Positions 10,160-20,577 of a DNA stretch of 64,000 nt are shown here, piece by piece. The number at the start of each line of letters is the position of its first letter. Positions within the stretch are counted from its first letter, which is position 1. The position numbers were made by a program, and so were the translations under genes. Below the pieces are notes generated by a model. That model was not told the origin of the DNA. It saw nothing but the letters and a program-made list of their open reading frames with translations, and searched no databases. The DNA is from an uncultured Rivularia sp. (lineage in GTDB: Bacteria > Cyanobacteriota > Cyanobacteriia > Cyanobacteriales > Nostocaceae): positions 1,376,001 through 1,440,000 of the forward strand of contig OY762007.1 in assembly GCA_963665115.1 (NCBI GenBank). Reading direction: 5' to 3'.

Positions 10160-10217
10160 AATCCGCCAAGGAATGTAATTCCCTGTCTAATAGTTTAAGT
10201 CATCTAAAGATGACTGA
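10160..10217 (+). repeat. double-hairpin dispersed repeat, copy 2
   Basis: AATCC..GGAATGTAATTCC..CTAATAG....AGTCATCTAAAGATGACTGA. Confidence 0.7.
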
Positions 10218-10390
10218 GAAACGGTAAAGTTTATAAACCCGGTTTTTTCAAAAAACCAGGTTTCCGATCATCTGAAATTTTTACAAACGATATAAAATTA
10301 TTTTTAAAAATCTTTGAGAATAAGATGGTGCGTTACGGCATTATCAAACATATAATTTAAAACGATACATATTAAAGCCGTAACAGCACC

Positions 10391-10969
10391 CTACAAATCA
10401 TGTTTCGCTGGAATTTTAGCTTTTTTAAACACTGCCTCAACGCTGAATTCTAAACCTTCAAATAACGAATCAGTTATTACTTCATCGCCTCTATAAATCT
10501 TCAGTGCTTCATCTGGGTAAAAAATTGTAATACTTCTGTCTTCAATGTCTACTACCCAAACCCTTAATACTCCAGTATTTAAATAATCTCTTGCTTTACC
10601 TGCCATTTGTCCAAAGGTTTGCCCAGGTGAGATAATTTCAATAGCTAAATCTGGTGCAATCGGACAAGCTTCATTTTCATTCCAGTCATCTGGTAAACGT
10701 TGATAAGAAATATAGAGTAAATCTGGAGTTGGAACCCAATCGCGTCCATTACGGGTTAATTTAATTGCTAATTCGGGACATACTTCTCCTTTCTCTTCAC
10801 ACCATGCATCAATTAAGAAAAGAAAAGCGCGGGTAAGTTTAGCGTGAAAAAATTTTGGTGAAATTTTAGGAATTGCTTTTCCATCAACGAGTTCATAAGT
10901 GATATCTCCTTCACCAGGAGGAAGATTGAAAAACTCTTCAAGGGTTAATTGCTGGTTTTGAACTACCAT
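10391..10969 (-). CDS. Uma2 family endonuclease (DUF820)
   Basis: YELVDG, PDL, APDLAIEIISP, Y...GV.RVWVVD. Confidence 0.92.
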   Translation of the reverse strand: MVVQNQQLTLEEFFNLPPGEGDITYELVDGKAIPKISPKFFHAKLTRAFLFLIDAWCEEKGEVCPELAIKLTRNGRDWVPTPDLLYISYQRLPDDWNENEACPIAPDLAIEIISPGQTFGQMAGKARDYLNTGVLRVWVVDIEDRSITIFYPDEALKIYRGDEVITDSLFEGLEFSVEAVFKKAKIPAKHDL

Positions 10970-11081
10970 AATTTAAGAGTTAGGAGTTAGGAATTAAAAG
11001 TTATTAATGTAGTGCGTTAACGAAGTGTGTCCGCAAGGACATGCATCTTGCTCGCTATGGTAGCAACAGATCAAAAATACA

Positions 11082-11637
11082 TTAAATTATTTCACTCAAA
11101 GGAGTCGCTAAACCATCAATGCTAACCATATTTTTCTGTTGATGATATTCTTTAATTCCTTCTTCTCCTTTTTTAGCAGCCCATTTAACTAAATTTTCTC
11201 GCTGCTCCTGATATTCATACAAAGGTACGCTCATCCCACATGAAGTTTGCACTCTTTCAATATCAGCTACTATTATTTGACGGGTTTCCCGGTATTTCGG
11301 AAAATTGCGAATATAAAGATTCCCATTCTAAATTGTTAGGTAAAATAGTTTTTCCGGTACCGTAAAGACGCAGAATAGACGGCGCTCCTTCAAAAGCGCA
11401 AAACATAATAGTAATTCGTCCGTTTTCTTGTAAATGCGCTGATGTTTCGTTCCCGCTTCCTGTTAAATCTAGATAAGCAACTTTGTGTGCTGAAAGAATA
11501 CGAAAACTCTCTAATCCTTTAGGAGAAAGGTTTACGTGTCCGTTGGAATCTAAAGGTGCAGTACCAACAAAGAACATATGCTGGTTTGCAATAAATTTTT
11601 GTAATTCTTCGGTGATTGATTCAAATAATTTAGCCAT
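11082..11637 (-). CDS. pyridoxamine 5'-phosphate oxidase family protein, +1 frameshift
   Basis: NLSPKG and DLTGSGNETSAH; removing one A at 11285-11287 gives PGTRQIIVADIERVQTSCG... to TAA at 11082. Confidence 0.85.
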
Positions 11638-11695
11638 TTTCAGTTAACAGTGAACAATTATCAATTATCAATTATCAATTATCAAAGGAACTATA

Positions 11696-11730
11696 AACAA
11701 AATGAACCGCAACTTTTCGTCACGGTTCAC
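11696..11730 (-). terminator. probable intrinsic terminator after the chelatase-like gene
   Basis: Minus strand TGAACCG...CGGTTCA stem followed by TTTTGTTT. Confidence 0.55.
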
Positions 11731-11845
11731 TTTGCTTAATATGGGAGAAAATAAAGAACAGAAAAGGGAAAGGCAATTTAAGCTTTAAATATTTTTCAAT
11801 GCCCCATGCCCTATGCCCAATGCCCAATTCTCTATTCCCCAATTC

Positions 11846-12961
11846 TTAATGATGATGGTGATGATGAGCTACAGCTTGGGAAGGATTAACTGCTGTTGCT
11901 TCTTCTGCCAATAACTCTTCGATATGAGAGTCAGCCCATTCAGCAGCCATAATCATGAATTCATGATGATCGTTGGCGCATTCCATCTGAATGCAGTTTA
12001 AATCCTTATGCTTTTTCTCAAGGTTATGAATAATATGATGTACGTCTAAGAGGGTTTCGTGATTTTCTGTAGCAAACCCGATAGGCATAAATACTATTGC
12101 TTTTGCACCTATTTGAATCAGGTTTTTAGCAGCTTGCTCGGCGTTAGGTTGAGTCCATTCAATCAAAGGTGTGTCGTGATTGAGCCAACCTACAGAAATT
12201 AATGGGTAACGGTTGATTAATTCTTCGCGTGTCAAATCATAAAGTATCTGAGATTCGGTAATACCGGAAGTGAATCCTTTGGCTTTGTGGGGACAACCAT
12301 GATTCATCAATACAATACCAATTTCCGAAGGCAGGTAAGCGCTAGCTAATTCTGCTGCGATCTTTTCTTCTACAAGCTTCGCCAACAACTTGATGTATTT
12401 GGGTTCGTTGTAGAAAGTAGGAATGTAGCGCTGTGATTTTAGCCAATGCTCTTCACCATCAGCCATTTGGGATAAGCCTTTATTAACTTGTTCTAGAGCG
12501 ATACCGCTGGTAAAGATAGAATCAACTACTAATAATGGATAAATGAGCAGTTTATCAAAGCCTTGATTATGGATTTCGGCTAAGACTTGATGGGGAAGAT
12601 GGGGAGCGCAGAAGTTGAAAGCTTTGAAAACCTGGACTTTATCGCCCCATTTTTCTTGTAGTTGCTGTTCAATTCCAGCGCGTTGCTTTTCAAAGATGGC
12701 GTTGTGGGGTGAAATGAAATTATCGTGTGTATGTCCCCACTCGTGAAGATCGAATATCGCCAGCATCTTTGCTAGAGGTGGGTAAATCCAGGTTGGTACT
12801 GGTGCAAACTTTGCTGTAAGTAGATTCAAAGCTTGCTCGTTATAGTTAGCAAAATCTTCGTAGCTTTCTACTTCACCGTAGCCCATAAGTAGGACGGCAA
12901 CTCGATTTTGCTTTGGTAGATGCTCGTGAGTATGTTCGATTTTTTCTGGTGTAGCAACCAC
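11846..12961 (-). CDS. ferrochelatase-fold chelatase paralogue with His-rich termini
   Basis: VLLMGYG, YPL, NHG, EWTQP and PIGFATENHETL align with HemH motifs; no CAB domain; C-terminal His6. Confidence 0.8.
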   Translation of the reverse strand: MVATPEKIEHTHEHLPKQNRVAVLLMGYGEVESYEDFANYNEQALNLLTAKFAPVPTWIYPPLAKMLAIFDLHEWGHTHDNFISPHNAIFEKQRAGIEQQLQEKWGDKVQVFKAFNFCAPHLPHQVLAEIHNQGFDKLLIYPLLVVDSIFTSGIALEQVNKGLSQMADGEEHWLKSQRYIPTFYNEPKYIKLLAKLVEEKIAAELASAYLPSEIGIVLMNHGCPHKAKGFTSGITESQILYDLTREELINRYPLISVGWLNHDTPLIEWTQPNAEQAAKNLIQIGAKAIVFMPIGFATENHETLLDVHHIIHNLEKKHKDLNCIQMECANDHHEFMIMAAEWADSHIEELLAEEATAVNPSQAVAHHHHHH

Positions 12962-13301
12962 AATTAATTCCTCTGTGCAACCTTGGTGAGCGTTTTATTA
13001 CTCCAGTGTAGATAATTATCCCACCCTGGGGGATATGATATCCAAAAATTATACATTTAAAGTTTTAATTACATACCCCTTTATCTTTCGATAACAAAAT
13101 TTACGTTTTTGTCTTTAACCGTAATATTAAGCGATCGCTGTAGACTAAATTATTCTCTGAATAGATTTAAAATGAATAGATAATAAAAAATTATAGATGT
13201 CAAAAAGAATTATTTTTCTTAGTCCTTTTTTAAATAAAAGTTATATCTATGACTGTCTAAACTGTAAAGCGGTCAACTTGTAAATTCGTTAGTTAAAACC
13301 G

Positions 13302-13868
13302 ATGAACGTAATTATTTGTCCTGGAATTCACGAATCTAGCTTGACTAAAAGCTTTATCAAAAGTTTACTAGAAGCAAATTATCATAGCTCGTTGAATAAA
13401 ATGTCAGTGAATATACTGGAATTCCCGGCAAATAATCTATCTGCTTTGTCCGGATTTCATATCTGGCAGTTTTTACGCGACAGTTTAGCTCCGGAGCTAA
13501 AATCACCTGTTGTATTCATTGGCTTCAGTGCTGGTGTCGTTGGAGCTATTACTGCTGCTAGTTTATGGCAAATTTTCGGAGGTAATGTTAAGGCTTTTAT
13601 TGCTATAGATGGATGGATGGTACCTTTGAGCGGTAATTTCCCTATCCATCGGATGAGTCACGATTACTTCACCCACTGGAGTTCTTGCTTGCTTGGTAGC
13701 AGTCATAATAACTTTTATGCACAACCAGCCGTGGAACATTTAGAATTATGGCGATCGCCTTCATCTGTCGAGGGTTATCTAGTAGATTCACCGTTAGAAG
13801 AATTACCATTATCCTTAACTGCGGCTGAATTTATCAAAATATTATTACAACGTTATGAAGAAATTTAA
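13302..13868 (+). CDS. hypothetical alpha/beta-hydrolase-like protein
   Basis: GFSAG nucleophile-elbow-like motif. Confidence 0.6.
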   Translation: MNVIICPGIHESSLTKSFIKSLLEANYHSSLNKMSVNILEFPANNLSALSGFHIWQFLRDSLAPELKSPVVFIGFSAGVVGAITAASLWQIFGGNVKAFIAIDGWMVPLSGNFPIHRMSHDYFTHWSSCLLGSSHNNFYAQPAVEHLELWRSPSSVEGYLVDSPLEELPLSLTAAEFIKILLQRYEEI

Positions 13869-13926
13869 TCCGGAAAAGCTTGAATATAAACGGGAGGAGA
13901 ATTTATAAGAGATAACAGTTAGGGGT

Positions 13927-13951
13927 GTAGAGACGTAGCAGTGCTACGTCT
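13927..13951. repeat. palindromic dispersed repeat GTAGAGACGTAGCAGTGCTACGTCT
   Basis: Related copies at about 15525-15557 and 61723-61750. Confidence 0.75.
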
Positions 13952-14216
13952 GTTAAGAGTTAAAAGTTAAAAATAGAATTTATAGCTCTCGTCCTTATAA
14001 TTTATAGTTATTCTAATAAACCGTAGTGGGAGCCAGGAAGCTTCGTCCAAGCTAGGGTTCGAGACGCTCCCACTACCGTGAGAAGTACAAACGCAATTTA
14101 CCGAAAATGTACAAATGTCAATATAGCTCACAATTCCTAACTCCTAACTCTCAACTCCTAACTCTTACCTCCCTGCTTACTCTCTCGATAACGCAGTCAC
14201 TAACCCCCATCTAAGA

Positions 14217-15476
14217 ATGTTTCCAACTGAACCTGCTGCTGTTAATAAAGGATTTAGTGCGGTACTCAGAAACCGCAATTTCATGCTGGTATGGATCGGA
14301 CAAATCATTTGTCAGCTAGCAGACAAAATATTTTTCGTGTTGACAATTGCACTACTTGCAAAGTACCCACTTGCAGCAGGTGTAGTTGAAGATGGTAGAC
14401 GTGCGGATTTGTTTCTGGCGTTTACTTTACCAGCGATTTTACTTGGCTCGCTAGGCGGTATCATTGTTGACCGCTTCCCCAAAAAGCCGATTATGATTGG
14501 CTCGGATTTGCTGCGAGGAGCTTTGACTATAGCAATTCCATTTTTACCAAGAGAGTTTTTGATTTTATTAGCAATCACTTTTGCTAACTCCGTAATTGTG
14601 CAATTTTTCGCGCCAGCAGAGCAAGCTGCTATACCAATTTTGGTGAAGCAACAAAATCTGATGGCTGCCAATGCACTATTTACAAGTACCATGATGGGTG
14701 CTATAATAATAGGCTTTGCAATAGGCGACCCTTTATTAAATTTAGGTCAAAGTTGGTTTGGGGAAAGATACGGACAAGAGTTTATTGTGGGTGGACTATA
14801 TCTACTTTCCTCGCTGATAAAAATACCCGCAAAGTTAAAAAGCCCGAAACGCATTAGCGAAAAAGAAAAAGTTAACCCCTTGGCGGAATTTAAAGAGTGC
14901 TTGCGCTATCTGAAGAAAAAGCGCTTAATCATGAACGCGATGGTTCAATTGACTGCTTTGTATTGTGTTTTTGCTTCCTTAGTTGCATTATCGATTCGAT
15001 TGGCAGCAAGATTTGGGTTACAAGAGAAACAATTCGGCTTCTTCCTAGCAGCAGCAGGGGTAGGAATGGTTTTAGGTGCCGGTATTTTAGGTCATTGGGG
15101 TGAAAGATTCCATCACAAACCTCTACCTTTATTCGGCTTTTTGAGCATGGCGTTTGTGTTAGCCGTGTTCACATTTATTGATAATTTGCCTATCGCTTTA
15201 GCACTGAGTGTTTTACTAGGTTTAGGTGCAGCATTAATAGCCGTACCGATGCAAACATTAATTCAACAGCAAACACCCCCAGAAATGCACGGTAAGATGT
15301 TTGGTTTTCAAAATCATGCCGTAAATATAGCTTTAACCGCACCGCTGCTAATTACCGAAAGACTGACAAATTATTTCGGTTTACGACCTGTACTTTTAGG
15401 AATAAGTTTTATAGTTGCTACTATCGGTATTTGGGCTTGGCACAGTACTCGAAAAGTTTTGAAAGATGTGATTTAG
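14217..15476 (+). CDS. MFS transporter
   Basis: About 12 TM segments; GGIIVDRFPKK motif A; QFFAPAEQA. Confidence 0.92.
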   Translation: MFPTEPAAVNKGFSAVLRNRNFMLVWIGQIICQLADKIFFVLTIALLAKYPLAAGVVEDGRRADLFLAFTLPAILLGSLGGIIVDRFPKKPIMIGSDLLRGALTIAIPFLPREFLILLAITFANSVIVQFFAPAEQAAIPILVKQQNLMAANALFTSTMMGAIIIGFAIGDPLLNLGQSWFGERYGQEFIVGGLYLLSSLIKIPAKLKSPKRISEKEKVNPLAEFKECLRYLKKKRLIMNAMVQLTALYCVFASLVALSIRLAARFGLQEKQFGFFLAAAGVGMVLGAGILGHWGERFHHKPLPLFGFLSMAFVLAVFTFIDNLPIALALSVLLGLGAALIAVPMQTLIQQQTPPEMHGKMFGFQNHAVNIALTAPLLITERLTNYFGLRPVLLGISFIVATIGIWAWHSTRKVLKDVI

Positions 15477-15684
15477 AAATTGGGCATTGGACATGGGAAA
15501 TTGGGGATTGGGTGAGAAAAAAGTGTAGAGACGGCGCGTACAATGCAACGTCTCTAGGAAGTAAAATCAAGAATTGCATTTTTTATCAAGCTATCCGGCT
15601 CGTACTACAAGAAGTATGGTAATTAATATATCTAAGTAAGAACAATAATACTTAGTCTAATTAAAGCTATAGGAATCAATTCTG

Positions 15685-16161
15685 ATGTCGGAAACAACTC
15701 AAACCCCAGAAAACATTTGGATTATTACTGAAGAAACTACCTCGATTATCGCTGAAGAAGATAACCAAGGTAGCCGCGATGGCACTCGCGATATTGGAGG
15801 AAGAATTGGTGCTTCAGTACCCACTCAAGACAACCGTGGTAGTCGTAATGGAAGCCGCGATATTAAAGGAATTATTGGTGGAGATACCAAAGAAATAATT
15901 ATCAAAAGAGACAAAGAAGGAATAGCTATTGTCAAAAGAAAATCCGTACAGGTAGCGAAACTCAAGCAAGAAATGAAGAATTTTATGCAGGCTATGAGAG
16001 AGATGCTTGATGAAGCAGAGGAGCCGAATTCCAAAATGCAGCTTGATGAAGTAGAGTTGTCAGTGGAAATTAATGGTGAAGGGCAAATTAGCTTGTTGGG
16101 AATTGGCGGTGGTAAAGCTGGAGGTAAAGGTGCGATGACTTTTAGGTTTAAGCGGAGATAG
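15685..16161 (+). CDS. Pepco/trypsin-co-occurring-like domain protein
   Basis: C-terminal LDEVELSVEINGEGQISLLGIGGGKAGGKGAMTFRFKR; two internal 17-aa repeats. Confidence 0.6.
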   Translation: MSETTQTPENIWIITEETTSIIAEEDNQGSRDGTRDIGGRIGASVPTQDNRGSRNGSRDIKGIIGGDTKEIIIKRDKEGIAIVKRKSVQVAKLKQEMKNFMQAMREMLDEAEEPNSKMQLDEVELSVEINGEGQISLLGIGGGKAGGKGAMTFRFKRR

Positions 16162-16275
16162 TAAAAAAAGCAAATAATAATCAAACAATAATCAAATAAA
16201 ATACCCCCTAAAATTAGAGGGTATACTGTTTGCTCGCAAATAAGATTGATAAAAAATTTTGCCTTATTCTGTTAA

Positions 16276-16980
16276 TTAACTTTTTGAATTAATTCTAAAA
16301 GTACTAGCACTTTCTTGGAACATAGATAGCTGTTTCTGAAGCTGAGATTCTGAATTCGTTACATATGTTACTGCCCAAAAACTTTGATTTTCTTTAAACA
16401 AATATGAAACTAAAATCCCTTGGACTTTATTTGTTTTCGAGTCCATAAGTTGAACCACAACTTTTCCAGCTTCGTGATTATCTAAAGAAATAACTTTTTT
16501 TTCAAGAATGATATTAGAATTATTCTGAGATGCACCCTCAGCAAAATTATCAGTAAGAAACTGAAGAGGAACAATAGCAGACCATTCCCTTTTTACAACT
16601 TCTACGTAATTGAGATACCCTTTACTTAGTTCTTTAGGATTAATAGCAAAAAGATCGCCGCTTAGTTCAAAATTATTAGTAACAAAATCGGATGGTATTC
16701 CTGCTTTTTCTATTCTTTTAAGAACCTCTTGAGGGTTTTTCTTGATATTTCCACCTTCGTAATATGACGGTAACTGTAATTCTATTCCGTCAACTTGAAA
16801 GTTCTTCCACCCCCGCTTAATTTCCCTGCTAGCAGATACTTTTGAAACTCTTCGATTGGAAGCTATAGAAACTTTCTTATCTTTTGAATTTGAAACTTGA
16901 GAATTAGCTGGTTGAACATAGCCAATTAAAGATGTAGATAGTAATATACAGGCAAAAAATAAAGGTTTTTTGATATTCAT
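16276..16980 (-). CDS. hypothetical secreted protein
   Basis: 234 aa with N-terminal signal-like sequence ending PANS-Q. Confidence 0.7.
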   Translation of the reverse strand: MNIKKPLFFACILLSTSLIGYVQPANSQVSNSKDKKVSIASNRRVSKVSASREIKRGWKNFQVDGIELQLPSYYEGGNIKKNPQEVLKRIEKAGIPSDFVTNNFELSGDLFAINPKELSKGYLNYVEVVKREWSAIVPLQFLTDNFAEGASQNNSNIILEKKVISLDNHEAGKVVVQLMDSKTNKVQGILVSYLFKENQSFWAVTYVTNSESQLQKQLSMFQESASTFRINSKS

Positions 16981-17453
16981 TTTGATAGTTCGGTATTATT
17001 ATTCTTGCTACAAGCGTGTCACAAGCTTTTAACCAGCGACTACCGAAACATCACTATCGTTATCAACAAGTTTACGTTAAGCATACTTAGTGACTAAGTA
17101 TTTCATTCTTGAAAATAAATACTGACATTATTGCGTGAGTTGCAACGATCGTATACCGTTTAGTCCTTGCTTAATATGATTTATAGAGGCATTTTTCTTA
17201 TTCAAGATGGCACGAAAGCTAATGTACTAATGTAATGTTTAGTACTGAACGCATGAAAATGCTGAGGACTCATATGCTTTGAGTGAAAATCAATAATCAA
17301 AAACCGCTTTTTCCAAATGGTGATTAGCGACTGCTATCAATAGACTTATTTCTAAATTTGTGCATCCGGTATTAAAATGAAGTTTCAACTACATACAGAT
17401 TTTTTTTACGTTTTTACGTTTTTACGTTAAGTAGCTAACAACTGAGGTTTGCC

Positions 17454-19347
17454 GTGTCTTCCCCTTCCCAAATCAGCGTTCCACAAATTGAATCTACCTC
17501 TTCCCAAACAACTCTTACTGAATCAAATACTTTTCCAAAACGTGCTTCTGGCGGTTTTGCTTTAATTGATAGCTTGAAGCGTCATGGGGTTGAGCATATT
17601 TTTGGCTATCCCGGTGGTGCTATTTTACCGATTTATGATGATTTATATAGAGATGAAGCTGCTGGTGGTATTAAGCACATTTTAGTTAGGCACGAACAAG
17701 GTGCCTCCCATGCTGCCGATGGTTACGCCCGCGCTAGTGGTAAAGTTGGTGTTTGTTTTGCTACTTCTGGCCCCGGTGCAACTAATTTAGTTACCGGCAT
17801 TGCTACCGCTCATATGGATTCGGTACCGATGGTTGTTGTTACCGGACAGGTGGCGCGAACTTCGATTGGTACTGATGCGTTCCAGGAAACCGATATTTAC
17901 GGAATTACACTACCGATTGTCAAGCATTCCTACGTGGTTCGCGACCCTAGAGACATGGCGCGGATTGTGGCAGAAGCTTTTCATATAGCCCTTAGTGGTC
18001 GTCCTGGGCCTGTTTTAATTGACGTTCCCAAAGATGTGGCGTTAGAGGAATTTGATTACATTCCCGTTGAACCGGGTTCGGTGAAATTATCGGGTTATCG
18101 TCCGACGGTGAAGGGAAATCCCCGACAAATCAATGCAGCTATTCAACTGATTCGCGAAAGCCGTCGTCCTTTGCTGTATGTGGGAGGTGGTGCGATTACT
18201 TCCGGCGCTCATGAGGAAGTTCAACAGTTAGCGGAATTATTTTCGATCCCCGTCACCACTACATTGATGGGTATCGGTTCTTTTGACGAACATCATCCGC
18301 TTTCCTTATCAATGTTGGGGATGCACGGAACCGCATATGCAAACTTTGCCGTTACCGATTGCGATTTATTGATTTGCGTTGGTGCAAGATTTGATGACAG
18401 GGTAACGGGTAAGTTAGATGAATTCGCTTCCCGCGCCAAGGTAATTCACATCGATATAGATCCGGCAGAAGTTGGTAAAAACCGCGTTCCGGAAGTGCCG
18501 ATTGTTGGCGATGTCAAAAGAGTTTTAACAGAATTGCTGCGTCGATGCGAAGAAAGGAATATTAAGCAAACACCACAGCAAACTCAAGAGTGGTTGAATT
18601 TAATCAACCGTTGGAAAGAAGATTATCCTTTGGTGGTACCGCACCATACTGATAGCATTTCACCTCAACAAGTAATCAGCGAAATCGCCCGTCAAGCACC
18701 CTACGCTTACTACACCACAGATGTCGGACAGCATCAAATGTGGGCGGCACAATTCCTTAAAAACGGCCCCCGTCGCTGGATTTCCAGCGCTGGTTTGGGA
18801 ACAATGGGTTTTGGGGTTCCCGCTGCAATGGGCGTAAAAGTCGCGTTTCCCGACGAACAAGTTATCTGTATTAGCGGCGATGCTAGTTTTCAAATGAATT
18901 TGCAAGAATTGGGAACCCTTGCACAATACGGCATAAATGTTAAAACCGTAATAATTAATAACGGTTGGCAAGGAATGGTGCGTCAGTGGCAGCAAGCGTA
19001 TTTCGGCGAACGTTATTCTAGTTCCAATATGGAAATAGGAATGCCAGACATCGAATTACTGTGCAAAGCTTACGGCATCAAAGGCATGGTAATTGAAAAG
19101 GCAGAACAACTCGAAAGCGCGATCGCCGAAATCATTGCCCATGACGGCCCAGTTGTAGTCAACGCTCGCGTCACCAGGGATGAAAACTGCTATCCAATGG
19201 TAGGCCCCCGGAAAGAGTAACGCCCAAATGGTTGGTTTAGCCAAGCAGCCACCGAAAGCAGCCAAAGAGCCAGTTTATTGCGGTAACTGCGGTGCCAAAA
19301 ATACTGCTGCAAACAACTTTTGTCCCGAATGCGGAACGAAGTTATAA
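17454..19347 (+). CDS. ilvB: acetolactate synthase large subunit, +1 frameshift near the C-terminus
   Basis: [21 protein letters not shown] and GDASF...NN ThDP motif; removing one G at 19203-19204 gives [10 protein letters not shown]...YCGNCGAKN...FCPECGTKL* ending at 19347. Confidence 0.95.
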
Positions 19348-19350
19348 ATA

Positions 19351-19502
19351 GGTAATGGGTAATGGGTAATAGGGGATTGGGCATTGGAGTAGTAAATAGA
19401 AAGTTAGAAGTTAATTTAATAATTAATATTCTCCCCCCTCTCCCCAATTCCCAATTCCCAATTCCCAATTCCCAATCCCCAATTCCCAATTACCAATTAC
19501 CA
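19351..19502. repeat. opposed STRR arrays (GGTAATG)n and (CCCAATT)n
   Basis: Tandem heptamers between ilvB and the permease. Confidence 0.85.
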
Positions 19503-20312
19503 ATGAACATATCTCCACCGAAGGAAAAACTGCATATCGGATGGCAGGGGGTTTTCTCACTGTTTATGTATGTTGTCATGTATTTACCGATCGCGGTACT
19601 TGCTTTTTATAGTTTTAATAAATCGCCTTATAGTGGGGCTTGGGAAGGGTTTACTTGGGAATGGTACGAAAAATTATTTCGGGATGAGCGGATTTTATCG
19701 GCTTTACAAAATAGTTTGATTGTTGCTTTGAGTGCTGTAAGTATTTCTGCTGTGTTGGGAACTTTGATGGCTGTGGGTTTGGCGCGTTATCGCTTTCCTT
19801 TGAGGGGTTTATATCGAGGAATATCTTATTTACCTTTAATTGTCCCAGATATTGCGATCGCGGTGGCTACTTTAGTTTTTTTAGCAGCGTTTGCAGTTCG
19901 TTTGAGCGTGTGGACTATCATTGCAGCTCATGTGGTATTTTGTTTGGCATATATCGCTCTTGTTGTTTCTTCTCGATTAACTAATTTAGATCCCCATTTA
20001 GAAGAGGCTGCATTAGATTTAGGGGCTACACCTTTTCAAGCTTTTATTAAAGTATTGTTACCGCAATTAATGCCTGGAATTATTGCCGGTTGTTTGTTAG
20101 CTTTTGTGCTTAGTTTGGATGACTTTCTAATTGCAAGCTTTACTGCTGGTAGCGGTTCAAATACTTTACCGATGGAAATTTTTAGCCGCATCAGAACGGG
20201 TGTAAAACCAGATATTAATGCTTTGAGCGTAATTTTAATAATCGTATCTGCGATTGTTGCTTTCGTTGCAGAATCAATTCGTAGTCAGGCAGAGTCTAGA
20301 AATAATAATTAG
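19503..20312 (+). CDS. polyamine ABC transporter permease (PotC-like)
   Basis: [18 protein letters not shown] (EAA loop), SLDDF, TLP; ATG 19503 chosen because the upstream in-frame sequence is repeat-derived. Confidence 0.9.
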   Translation: MNISPPKEKLHIGWQGVFSLFMYVVMYLPIAVLAFYSFNKSPYSGAWEGFTWEWYEKLFRDERILSALQNSLIVALSAVSISAVLGTLMAVGLARYRFPLRGLYRGISYLPLIVPDIAIAVATLVFLAAFAVRLSVWTIIAAHVVFCLAYIALVVSSRLTNLDPHLEEAALDLGATPFQAFIKVLLPQLMPGIIAGCLLAFVLSLDDFLIASFTAGSGSNTLPMEIFSRIRTGVKPDINALSVILIIVSAIVAFVAESIRSQAESRNNN

Positions 20313-20577
20313 TTTTTATATTATGCCCTGTTAATCACCCATAATATATAAATAATATACCAGCCTGACTTTGTTATTAGTTTAACTAATTTTATTGATA
20401 GTCTATCGTGCAATTTCTTGCAGGATGGATTTTTTGGTATTTATACGGTTTTTTAATGAGACACAAGTGTTAATAATTATACTCTGCACACAAAATATTT
20501 ATACTATTATTACCTATTGCTATTAAATACCCAGGATAATTAATTCACATAACAAAACATTAATTACAGGGTAACTT

